A DNA stretch of 25,347 nucleotides from Planifilum fulgidum (lineage in GTDB: Bacteria; Bacillota; Bacilli; Thermoactinomycetales; DSM-44946), in contig NZ_FOOK01000039.1 in NCBI RefSeq assembly GCF_900113175.1, positions 1-25,347 on the forward strand, given 5' to 3'. The notes below the pieces were generated by a model. It searched no databases and had not been told where the DNA came from. It was given only the letters and a program-made list of their open reading frames with translations. The first letter of the stretch is position 1; each line of letters opens with the position of its first letter. Both the position numbers and the translations under genes were made by a program. Positions 9,250 to 16,579 of the stretch are shown one piece after another.

Positions 9250-9558
9250 CCATCTTTTGATACGCTCTTTTTGGCACCCTTATCTTTGTTTTGAGATTAT
9301 TTAAGCACATTTCTCTTACTGGTGGATCTGTAACGTGGGAGTCTTCAAAGCGGTTACCATTTAGAGAAAATAAATTCATTTTATTGAATCACGTGAATGG
9401 AGAAGAAAAAAAGAGAAGGTTTACAGTATCTTCATTTCTGCTATTTCATTTTGCAGAAAAAAAGTGGATGTAATGAGTCACAATGAAAACTCCTTATCAG
9501 ATCTAAGATGAGAAGCCTCTAGACCACCTCATGGCCTCCACCAATTTGGCTGTTTGTG

Positions 9559-9584
9559 TTTTACCTATGAGGAATTGAAACAGC
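9559..9584 (+). repeat. solitary CRISPR-repeat-like sequence GTGTTTTACCTATGAGGAATTGAAAC (not an array)
   Basis: It ends in ATTGAAAC, the 8-nt 5'-handle sequence of many type I-B/III repeats, and it resembles ...CCTATAAGGAATTGAAAC repeats. No second full copy lies within 1 kb. Partial look-alikes sit at 10714-10735 (TTACCTATGAGGGATCGATTTTG) and 10845-10866 (GGTAAAGAGGATTGAAAC). Confidence 0.25.
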
Positions 9585-9724
9585 CACTTTCTGGGATCTA
9601 ACTAGAGCTGGATAGTTGCAACAACAGTTATACAGCGTGAAGAGCAATCCCCGAGGGAAAAATACGGATCGACGTCGAAAAAGATAATCACGGGTTACAG
9701 TTGCCTGAAGGGGAGGAAATCGTC

Positions 9725-10212
9725 TTGTCCGGACTCAAAGAGCTGAAAGATCAGTTTTACTTATATTACACGAAGAAAATCACTCTCAGGGATTTTGAAT
9801 CATGGCTTTATCATTCTCCGGAGCTTGAAGAGGATATCGGCAAGGACTTTTATTTTCAATTAATTGATATCAATTACCGGGATAAGTTTGCCGGAGACCA
9901 TCTGGAGAAAGTCATGTTTTCCCGTTTCCAACAAGTGGAATTTGAGGAGAAGAAGATCAGAGAACTACTGGAGAATTTTGCAGAAAAAATTTTCAGAAAG
10001 TATTGGAACAGCTGCATAATGAATATTGTAAGGGATATTATTTTTTGTCTCTGGTGTTGGCTTATGAATATGACGAACTTCCGTGTGATATAAAGGAGAT
10101 ACTTTTCAGGGAAGCGCGACGGGTCCTGAGGCTAATGGAACAGGGCCTGATTGTGATCACCGGTTTGTATGAATACAGGTGTATGGAAGAGGAACAGAGT
10201 GAGGATCCATAA
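9725..10212 (+). CDS. hypothetical protein (about 162 aa), frameshifted at an A6/T4 run (9984-9994)
   Basis: The RBS GGGGAGG is followed 8 nt later by TTG9725 (the track starts at TTG9701). Frame 2 reads ...ELLENFAEK up to the run GCAGAAAAAATTTTCAG. The plausible continuation NFQKVLEQLHNEYCKGYYFLSLVLAYEYDELPCDIKEILFREARRVLRLMEQG... is in frame 1 (10003..10212). Adding one A gives a seamless ENFAEKNFQKVLEQL. No recognised family. Confidence 0.4.
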
Positions 10213-11174
10213 TTAAAGACCATGAGTTTCCATATGAAAGTTGAGGGACACTCAAGTTACCCATATTTCGTTTCCTTCCCCAGTAACAGAGAAGTCTCAA
10301 TTGCTAAAACAAAATACAACAATACAAGGTGATTGGCTAACCTGGATCATTACTTGGTGGTGACCGAAGATCCACGAACGGTAGGGGAAAGCGTTTCCAA
10401 TATTGTCACTGGGAAGAAGCTTATCGGACCGCTGGGATCACATACATGCCGGAGAGGGAGAGACCTCGCTTATCATGCATCTGATGCCGAAAGCGGTGAA
10501 AGAAGATAAACGATCCGTTTGACTCACCTGACCGTCCTTTTTTGGAAACCATCTGGATGAAACCCTATACTGAAAGCGGAACAATCGGTTTTCCCACTCG
10601 GGCAACCACTGAAAAGGGAAGATTGCTCCTGCAATCATTAGCAAATCAAAATCGCATCAACCATAGAGGAAATTGGGAAGCAAAAATAACCGGGATTTTC
10701 CTTTCAGGCTATTGCAGGTTACCTATGAGGGATCGATTTTGCAAACACCGGGAGCTTTGGTTAAAACCCCGGAGGTGTTCGGAAAATGGAGAAGAAAGCC
10801 AAGTATATCAAGGGATTCAGCGCCCGCTGTCACAATGAAAACACCCCAGGTAAAGAGGATTGAAACCTCCCACACGTCAAAATCATCCTCCGGCCGGATG
10901 GTCACAATTAGAACACCTCGGTAAAAAGGATCTAAAATGAAAAAGGCTGGTATAAACCCAGCCTTCAACAAATATGAAATCCTATTTTTCTTTTTTGATG
11001 ATTGCAAACGAAATTTACAATTGTAAACGAGCTGCAGAAAACTGGGCAATATCTTTTTGTACTATACTGATCCTGCCCCTGTAAAATTAGCGTTATTTCA
11101 AGAGGTTTCGAAGATCAAATAGACACTAAAACACACTGTAAAACTCCAGACTTAAAATTTGGGACCAAGGGGTC

Positions 11175-11202
11175 TTCGGTTCAAATCCGGCCGCCCAGAC
11201 CA
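11175..11202 (+). other. tRNA 3'-end fragment (T-arm, acceptor 3' strand, discriminator, CCA) with no 5' half
   Basis: TTCGG-TTCAAAT-CCGGC is a T-stem/loop. It is followed by CGCCCAG, A, CCA. The complementary 5' acceptor strand CTGGGCG is not present within 90 nt upstream, and there is no D-arm. This looks like an att-type duplicate of a tRNA 3' end at the right border of the AT-rich islet. Confidence 0.4.
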
Positions 11203-11431
11203 GGAATGACGGAGGTTTTCAGCCTACGCTTTTTTATTTCCCTGGCCAAACTGCAAACGAATTTCCATCGGCGATAAAGTAGGAAATCTTATAACATGGC
11301 GGAGATGCGCTTGAAACTTTCACAAAGCGGTTTTCAAAGGCTTGGACGAGAGCCGCTTGGATTTCGAAACAAAAGGAAGCGCAAGTGTTCTACGGGGCCA
11401 AAAAGGGGGACAACTTTTATGTTGGTGTTTC

Positions 11432-11460
11432 TTGTTTCACAAAGAAGCTGTGGTTATAAT
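11432..11460 (+). promoter_or_regulatory. sigma-A-type promoter TTGTTT-N17-TATAAT upstream of the alpha/beta hydrolase gene
   Basis: The -35 TTGTTT is at 11432-11437. The 17-nt spacer is CACAAAGAAGCTGTGGT. The -10 TATAAT is at 11455-11460, with TGG two nt upstream. It sits about 160 nt before TTG11621. Confidence 0.35.
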
Positions 11461-11620
11461 ACCACGCAGAACAAGGGCTTGGGAGAATGAAGATATCCGG
11501 GAACCCGTCGTTCAGCTCATTGCTGGCTCCCTTCAAATGAAACATACCGGCCCGAAGCGATTCCGGCCGCCCCTTCCAAGTCGCGTAAGATAAATGCATC
11601 TTGTCAAAAGGAGAATCGGG

Positions 11621-12399
11621 TTGAACGGCCGAATTGAATTGAACGGCGTTTCGTTGTATGTCCAATCGGAAGGGGAAGGCTCGACCGTTGTCTTGTTGCA
11701 CGGCACGCCGCTGGACCATCGTATGTGGAACGAAACCTTCGCGGTTTTGCGCCCACACCGTCCGTTATGACTTGCGCGGTGCAGGGCGTTCCGGAGACGG
11801 TGAAGGCCCGTTCGCGCATCACGACGACTTATGCGTACTTCTCGAGGCATTGGGAGTGGACCGCGCATTCCTCCTCGGGATCTCGGTCGGCGGCAAAATC
11901 GCGATCGATTACGCCTTGCGGTATCCGGATACGGTGCGGAGCTTGGTGTTGATCAACCCGGGAGTGAGCGGCTATCGTTGGTCGGATCAATTTCTTGCGC
12001 AAGAGGGGGATCTTAGGCGGCTGTCGGATCAGGGGTTATCGGATTTGGCGTGGGAGCGGTTTCTGCAAACCTGGGTGGAAGGTCCCTTCCGGTGACAGGA
12101 AGGGGTGCATCCGACGGTTCGACAGCGTGTCCGGCAAATGGTGGCAGACAACTGGGAACGCGTGAGAAAAAGCGTGACGCAGTTTCGGTGGTTTGTCCGG
12201 CGTCACCGCTTTCACTTGAGTCATCCGCGGCGACCAGGATTGGGAGGAAATCCAGGTGCTTGCCCGATTTGTCGCGTCATTCATCCCGCAGGCCGAGTTG
12301 GTCACCATCACGGGAACGGGGCACCTTCCTCCCTTGGAGCAGCCGGACGTTTTTCACACCCATTTGCTCCGATTTTTGAAGCGGCATGCGGAGGTATGA
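11621..12399 (+). pseudogene. alpha/beta-fold hydrolase broken into at least 4 frame segments
   Basis: RBS AAAGGAGAA followed by TTG11621. Segment 1: LNGRIELNGVSLYVQSEGEGSTVVLLHGTPLDHRMWNETFAVLRPHRP-stop. Frame switch to RYDLRGAGRS...LLGISVGGKIAIDYALRYPDTVRSLVLINPG (GxSxG nucleophile elbow; 11658..12095). Further shifts lead to the C-terminus ...FIPQAELVTITGTGHLPPLEQPDVFHTHLLRFLKRHAEV, with the catalytic His, ending at TGA 12397-12399. Confidence 0.6.
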
Positions 12400-12553
12400 C
12401 TTTTCATCCCCTTACTTTGAGCATCCTCGCCGTTGGGACGTTGCGTGCTGCCGCATGTTTTGTGGGGTGGCTCGGAAATCTATTACGTGTAACGGGTTTT
12501 GTTCCGATTGGCGGCCGCTCCTCCCAGCCGCTTTCGCGCTTGCATCAGCCGGG

Positions 12554-12584
12554 CTAAAAAATAAAAACCGGCCTGAAGCCGGTT
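12554..12584 (-). terminator. rho-independent terminator for the Cof-like hydrolase gene
   Basis: Minus-strand read: hairpin AACCGGC-TTCAG-GCCGGTT (12566-12584) followed by TTTTTATTTTTT (complement of 12554-12565). It lies 22 nt after the 12606 stop. Confidence 0.6.
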
Positions 12585-12605
12585 GGAAGCGGAAAGGGGA
12601 TTCCA

Positions 12606-13430
12606 TTACCGGGCCGCTTGGCGCGGAGTGCGGAACAGATGGTTCTGAATGAAGTGGGACAGGCCGAATTCCTCGTTGGACGGAACGATCACGTCGGCGG
12701 CATGAAGGACTTCGGGGTGGGCGTTGGAGACGGCGGCGGACAATCCGACGGTTTGGAACATGGGCAGATCGTTCAGGTGGTCACCGATTGCCGCGGCTTG
12801 TTTGGGCGAAAGGTTCAACTGATCGGCCACCCGCTGGAGGGCGGCTCCTTTGGAAACGCCCGGAGGAAGGATTTCATAGTAGTGATCGGAGGATTGGACG
12901 AAGGTGAAGGGAATTTTTGTCTCGTCCAACCAGCGGCGCAGTTCACCAATCCCCTCTTCGTCGGAGACGGCGGCGATTTTCACCCAATTCTGGTTGAGCA
13001 GGACTTCGAAGGAAGGGATCACTTTTAACTTCGGCTCTTCGTTTTGAAGTCCCTCGGAGGACAGGGGGCCGATGTGGGTCGTGTAGATGTGGTGGGAGGT
13101 ATAGACAAAGAAATCGATTCGGCGGCTCAGACGGGGCATGTTTCTCACGATTTCCCGGACCAGGTCGTCGCTCAGATGGGCCAGCGGCATCAGTTCCCGG
13201 GTGGCGGGGTTGTATATCAGGGCACCATTGCATAAAATGACCGGAAGTTCGATATTCAGTTCCCGGATGAAGCGCTCGGTTTCGGTAAAATTGCGGCCGG
13301 TGGCCAGTGTGAACAGCCCGCCTGCCTGGCGAAAGCGGGCAACCTCATGCCGGATCTGAGGGGGAATCTCTTTCTGATTGTTAAGGAGAGTTCCGTCGAT
13401 GTCGGAAACGAGAAAGGGATATGCCAACAT
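12606..13430 (-). CDS. Cof-type HAD-IIB family sugar-phosphatase-like hydrolase
   Basis: MLAYPFLVSDIDGTLL gives the DxDGT motif I at the N-terminus. IAAIGDHLNDLPM gives the GDxxND motif IV. A Cof/YidA-like cap region is present. The track ORF extends to 13544, but the conserved N-terminus argues for ATG13430; the start is uncertain by about 40 codons. Confidence 0.75.
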   Translation of the reverse strand: MLAYPFLVSDIDGTLLNNQKEIPPQIRHEVARFRQAGGLFTLATGRNFTETERFIRELNIELPVILCNGALIYNPATRELMPLAHLSDDLVREIVRNMPRLSRRIDFFVYTSHHIYTTHIGPLSSEGLQNEEPKLKVIPSFEVLLNQNWVKIAAVSDEEGIGELRRWLDETKIPFTFVQSSDHYYEILPPGVSKGAALQRVADQLNLSPKQAAAIGDHLNDLPMFQTVGLSAAVSNAHPEVLHAADVIVPSNEEFGLSHFIQNHLFRTPRQAAR

Positions 13431-13568
13431 GGACAAGCTGATCAACCCCTTTGTTTGATGTTGCTCTTCCATCCCATGTAGCCGTTGAAAAAGAAGGCAC
13501 CGTCCCCTTGCATCCGGCAGGAACGACGACAAAACAGCGTACATATCTACTAATTATACTATATTTAT

Positions 13569-13580
13569 TACAGCGCTGTA
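13569..13580. promoter_or_regulatory. perfect 12-bp palindrome TACAGCGCTGTA in the AT-rich promoter region of the Cof-like gene
   Basis: It lies between the Cof start (13430) and the SPFH terminator, embedded in ACTATATTTAT...TATATATCC. It is a candidate operator. Confidence 0.25.
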
Positions 13581-13597
13581 TATATCCGAAATCGCCT

Positions 13598-13645
13598 TAA
13601 AAAAAACACAAAAACCCGGAAAAGAATCAGGTTTCCGGGTTTTTG
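13598..13645 (-). terminator. bidirectional rho-independent terminator; terminates the SPFH gene
   Basis: 9-bp stem ACCCGGAAA (13614-13622) / TTTCCGGGT (13632-13640), with the loop AGAATCAGG. TTTTT follows on the + strand and TTTTTGTGTTTTTTTT on the minus strand. The hairpin overlaps the SPFH stop codon (13627-13629). Confidence 0.65.
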
Positions 13646-14757
13646 CCTTTGCCGGACGGTCGGGGACGTTGGGTGAGAAGGGCGCTCAGCTGCTCCAGCA
13701 GATCCCCTCCGCCCATCAGGGTGATGTTGCTCACCTTTTCGCATATTCTCTCCAGGTATTCCAATTCCTTCAGCCGGTACAGGGTGGGATTCTGATCCAT
13801 CAATTTGGCGGTGTTGAGCAGGCTGCGCGTGGATGCGGTCTCTTCCCGGCGGGTGATGATGTTGGCCTGGGCCTGTTTTTCCGCCAGGAGGACGGTATTG
13901 AGAATCTCCTTGATATCGCCGGGCAGGATGATGTCCTTCACCCCTGCGGCGACAAATTGCACGCCGAAATCCCGGCTTTTTTCTTCCAGTTTCTGCAGCA
14001 CGAAACTGCCGATCTCCTTTTTCCGGTTGAGCAGCTCGTCCAATTTGAGGGTGCCGACGTACTCCCTGAGCACCAGCTGGAGATAGATGTAAATCTGATC
14101 CTCGAAGGAATTGAACTCCAACACTTTCAACGGATCGACAACCTTGTAGTGGCAGAAGAAATTGAGGCGGAGGGTCACCTTATCCGCCGTCATCAGTTCC
14201 TGGCCGGCCACTTCCAGCTGCTGCTGGCGCAGGTCCACCCTTTGGACCTCCACCGTTTTGGGCCCCTTCCAAAAATAGTATTTTCCGGGCTCCAGCTTCT
14301 TTTGAAAAACACCGTCGTAATACAGGATGCCGCACTCGTTGAGGGCGATCTGAAACGCTTGGAAATGGCCCCACATCTCCTCTTTGTCGAAGAGGGAACG
14401 GTCGATCTCCGGCCCCACCTCCGGATTCCTCGTGTCCACGAGGAGGAACCGGTGCTCGTAGAAGGCGTTCCAGAAGGCATAGGTTCCCGACGTGTAGACG
14501 CCGGCAAACTTGCCGTCCCGGTAGTGGATGGCCAATTCATGGTCCTTCACGTCGACGACCGTCAGTTCCTTCAACAATTCCTCATCCTTCAAGAACAGCT
14601 GGATGGGCTTGCCGGGTACCGAAAAGGGCTCGTCCACTTTCATCCGGACGACGGAGTAGAGCCCGAAAGGATAGAAATACTTGCCTGGCTTCAGATGTTT
14701 TACATAATTGCCCCCCTTGAACAGGAGGCCCCTTTCGTCATCGCAAATCCGAACCAT
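13627..14757 (-). CDS. SPFH/band-7 (stomatin/prohibitin-like) domain protein with an N-terminal duplicated beta-rich module
   Basis: 376 aa. The C-terminal half reads LMTADKVTLRLNFFCHYKVVDPLKVLEFNSFEDQIYIYLQLVLREYVGTLKLDELLNRKKEIGSFVLQKLEEKSRDFGVQFVAAGVKDIILPGDIKEILNTVLLAEKQAQANIITRREETAS, which is SPFH. The N-terminal half contains two related units (PGKYFYPFG... and EPGKYYFWKGPKTVEV...). RBS GAGAGGA followed by ATG14757. Confidence 0.75.
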   Translation of the reverse strand: MVRICDDERGLLFKGGNYVKHLKPGKYFYPFGLYSVVRMKVDEPFSVPGKPIQLFLKDEELLKELTVVDVKDHELAIHYRDGKFAGVYTSGTYAFWNAFYEHRFLLVDTRNPEVGPEIDRSLFDKEEMWGHFQAFQIALNECGILYYDGVFQKKLEPGKYYFWKGPKTVEVQRVDLRQQQLEVAGQELMTADKVTLRLNFFCHYKVVDPLKVLEFNSFEDQIYIYLQLVLREYVGTLKLDELLNRKKEIGSFVLQKLEEKSRDFGVQFVAAGVKDIILPGDIKEILNTVLLAEKQAQANIITRREETASTRSLLNTAKLMDQNPTLYRLKELEYLERICEKVSNITLMGGGDLLEQLSALLTQRPRPSGKGKNPET

Positions 14758-14886
14758 GGTGCATCCTCTCTTACAAAGGATTGTTCCGCAAATTCCGCCT
14801 TTTGGGGAATCCTCCCGGGGAATTTGGCGGAGCCCGGCATGAGGAGACGCTCCCCCGCCCGCGTCCGGAGCTTGAAAGCGAAGGAA

Positions 14887-14908
14887 GCGGAAGAACGCGT
14901 TCTTCCGC
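14887..14908. promoter_or_regulatory. perfect 22-bp palindrome GCGGAAGAACGCGTTCTTCCGC, extended imperfectly to about 36 bp, upstream of the SPFH gene
   Basis: It lies 130-150 bp upstream of ATG14757 in a 508-bp GC-rich intergenic region. Flanks GGAAGC / GCTTCC extend the symmetry. It is either an operator for a dimeric regulator or a stable stem-loop. Confidence 0.35.
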
Positions 14909-15045
14909 CCGCTTCCCCTTCAGAGGCCCCGGAGGCCGGACGGATCGGCCCCTCCGGCCGCCGGACTGCAAGGCCCCATCCCCCGGTGTGACATCCGGGG
15001 ATGCCACCGAGGATTCCGCCAAAAGCGCGGATGTGGAGTGAGTGT

Positions 15046-15125
15046 TGCGCCTATACAGGCCGGGTGCTCTGCCACTGAGCTAATCGCGTCCCAAACGCGA
15101 TGTGGGAATCGAACCCACGCATCCC
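15046..15125 (-). other. tRNA-related element with its parts in permuted order (T-arm + acceptor 3' strand, then acceptor 5' strand + D-arm)
   Basis: Minus-strand sequence: GCGTGGGTTCGATTCCCAC (T-stem/loop) ATCGCGT ttggg ACGCGAT TA GCTC AGTGGCA GAGC A ... The two acceptor strands are perfectly complementary (7 bp) but adjacent, forming a hairpin. No anticodon arm can be folded on either side. This is not a canonical tRNA. Confidence 0.3.
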
Positions 15126-15265
15126 CGTTAGCCTTTGTCCGTCTGCATCGGGATACTTCCTGCCGACGCGGGCAAAAAGCACCGTGGGACCGTTCCGAGA
15201 TCCCGGCAAACCGGACAAGGGTGAATCATATGGTAACAGAATATTTCGGAACGGTCAATGAGCGT

Positions 15266-15787
15266 TTATTTTTGATCGATCAACACTCCGAGGTTTTTCC
15301 ATCCGTAGGCGATTTCCCGCAATGTGGCTTCCCCGATGGTGACGGGCTTTTCCGCCACCTTTTCACCGCCGAGGGCTTCGTAGAAGCGGCGGGAGGGGTT
15401 TTCCGCCAGCACCCAGACGAGGAGGGAGCGGAATCCGTTGGCCACAAGCGCCTGAGCCGCCGACCGGGCGAGGCGGCGGCCGATTCCCTGCCGCTGATAT
15501 TCCCGCAAAAGGTAGATGGCGTACAATTCCCCGTCGTAACCGTACGCTTGGGTCCGCTCGGGGCCGCTGCAGGCAAAGCCGACGATTTCGCCTTCGGTGT
15601 TTTCCGCCACGAAAGTCCAGTTTTTCCCTTGCCGAAGGTCCTGCTTCCAGTGGTTTTCTCTCTTTTCGACGGACAGGTTGTCCAAAACGCTGTCGGGAAT
15701 GATTCCCCGGTAAGTGGTTCGCCAGCTGTCCACGTGAACCCGGGCGATGCCGGAGGCGTCGGCGGGTAAGGCCTTTCTCACAATCAC
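15266..15787 (-). CDS. GNAT family N-acetyltransferase
   Basis: The acetyl-CoA binding segment reads REYQRQGIGRRLARSAAQALVANGFRSLLVWVLAENPSRRFYEALGG. The likely start is GTG15787 (GGAGGAATTGAG-GTG, reading VIVRKAL). The track ORF's longer N-extension to 15964 is low-complexity and lacks an RBS. Confidence 0.7.
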   Translation of the reverse strand: MIVRKALPADASGIARVHVDSWRTTYRGIIPDSVLDNLSVEKRENHWKQDLRQGKNWTFVAENTEGEIVGFACSGPERTQAYGYDGELYAIYLLREYQRQGIGRRLARSAAQALVANGFRSLLVWVLAENPSRRFYEALGGEKVAEKPVTIGEATLREIAYGWKNLGVLIDQK

Positions 15788-15993
15788 CTCAATTCCTCCC
15801 CAATTTTCGGCTCCAACAAAATGGATCGCATCTTCTCTTTTTTCATCGCCGGTTCGTTGATAGAATGAAGAGAAAGGCGGTCTTTGCGACCGGTATCCTG
15901 CGCTGCGCGGACCGGATTCCCTTTCATGAAGCCGTGGTAGGGCGGGGAGCACCCCCCTTTTCAAAATCCGACAGCACGGGTGTGGTGAGCCGA

Positions 15994-16578
15994 ATGACGC
16001 TGGAAGAGCTGAAGGAAAAGTACGCCGGTTGTACCCGTTGTCCGCTGCACGAGCGGCGGACCCGTTTCGTTTTCGGAGAGGGAAATCCCCGCTCCCCGCT
16101 GATGTTCGTGGGAGAGGGGCCGGGGGCCGACGAGGATCGGATGGGCCGCCCCTTCGTCGGCCGCGCGGGGCAATTGCTGAACAAGATGCTGGAGGCGGCG
16201 GAGATCCCCCGGGAGGAGGTTTATATCACCAATATCGTCAAGTGCCGGCCGCCGGGGAACCGGACTCCCACGATGGAGGAGATGCAGACGTGCATCGTCA
16301 TCCTCCGGGAGCAGTTTAAAGTGATCCGACCGAAGCTGATCGTCACCCTGGGTTCCGCGCCGACGCGGGCGATCCTCGATCCGAAGGCGCGGATCACCCG
16401 GGTTCGGGGACAGTGGTTTGAGCGGAAAGGGGTGCGGATCATGCCGACCTTCCATCCGGCTTATCTCCTGCGCAACCCGGCCAGCAAAAAGGAGGCCTGG
16501 ATCGACTTCCAGGCGATCCGCGACGCCTACCGGGAAGTGCTGGCGGAGCAGGAGCGGTCGGGAGAGATCCTTACATAG
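15994..16578 (+). CDS. uracil-DNA glycosylase, family 4 (Fe-S cluster UDG)
   Basis: MTLEELKEKYAGCTRCPLHERRTRFVFGEGNPRSPLMFVGEGPGADEDRMGRPFVGRAGQLLNKML. It has the GEGPG motif, the CxxC cysteines and a ...HPAYLLRNP C-terminal region. ATG15994 is preferred over the track start at 15865. Confidence 0.8.
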   Translation: MTLEELKEKYAGCTRCPLHERRTRFVFGEGNPRSPLMFVGEGPGADEDRMGRPFVGRAGQLLNKMLEAAEIPREEVYITNIVKCRPPGNRTPTMEEMQTCIVILREQFKVIRPKLIVTLGSAPTRAILDPKARITRVRGQWFERKGVRIMPTFHPAYLLRNPASKKEAWIDFQAIRDAYREVLAEQERSGEILT

Positions 16579-16579
16579 A

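Noticed and set aside
9559-10866. A CRISPR array
   Set aside because: There is only one full repeat-like unit, the two partial echoes are at irregular 1.15-kb and 0.13-kb spacings, and there are no cas genes. It is kept only as an orphan-repeat observation.
11100-11210. A complete tRNA gene at the islet border
   Set aside because: Only the T-arm, acceptor 3' strand and CCA are present. The complementary 5' acceptor strand and a D-arm are absent within the required 90 nt.
13669-14991. 440-aa + strand ORF antisense to the SPFH gene
   Set aside because: It runs entirely antisense to a well-supported SPFH-domain gene in GC-rich DNA, and the translation is low-complexity with no recognisable family. 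This is a typical GC-rich shadow ORF.
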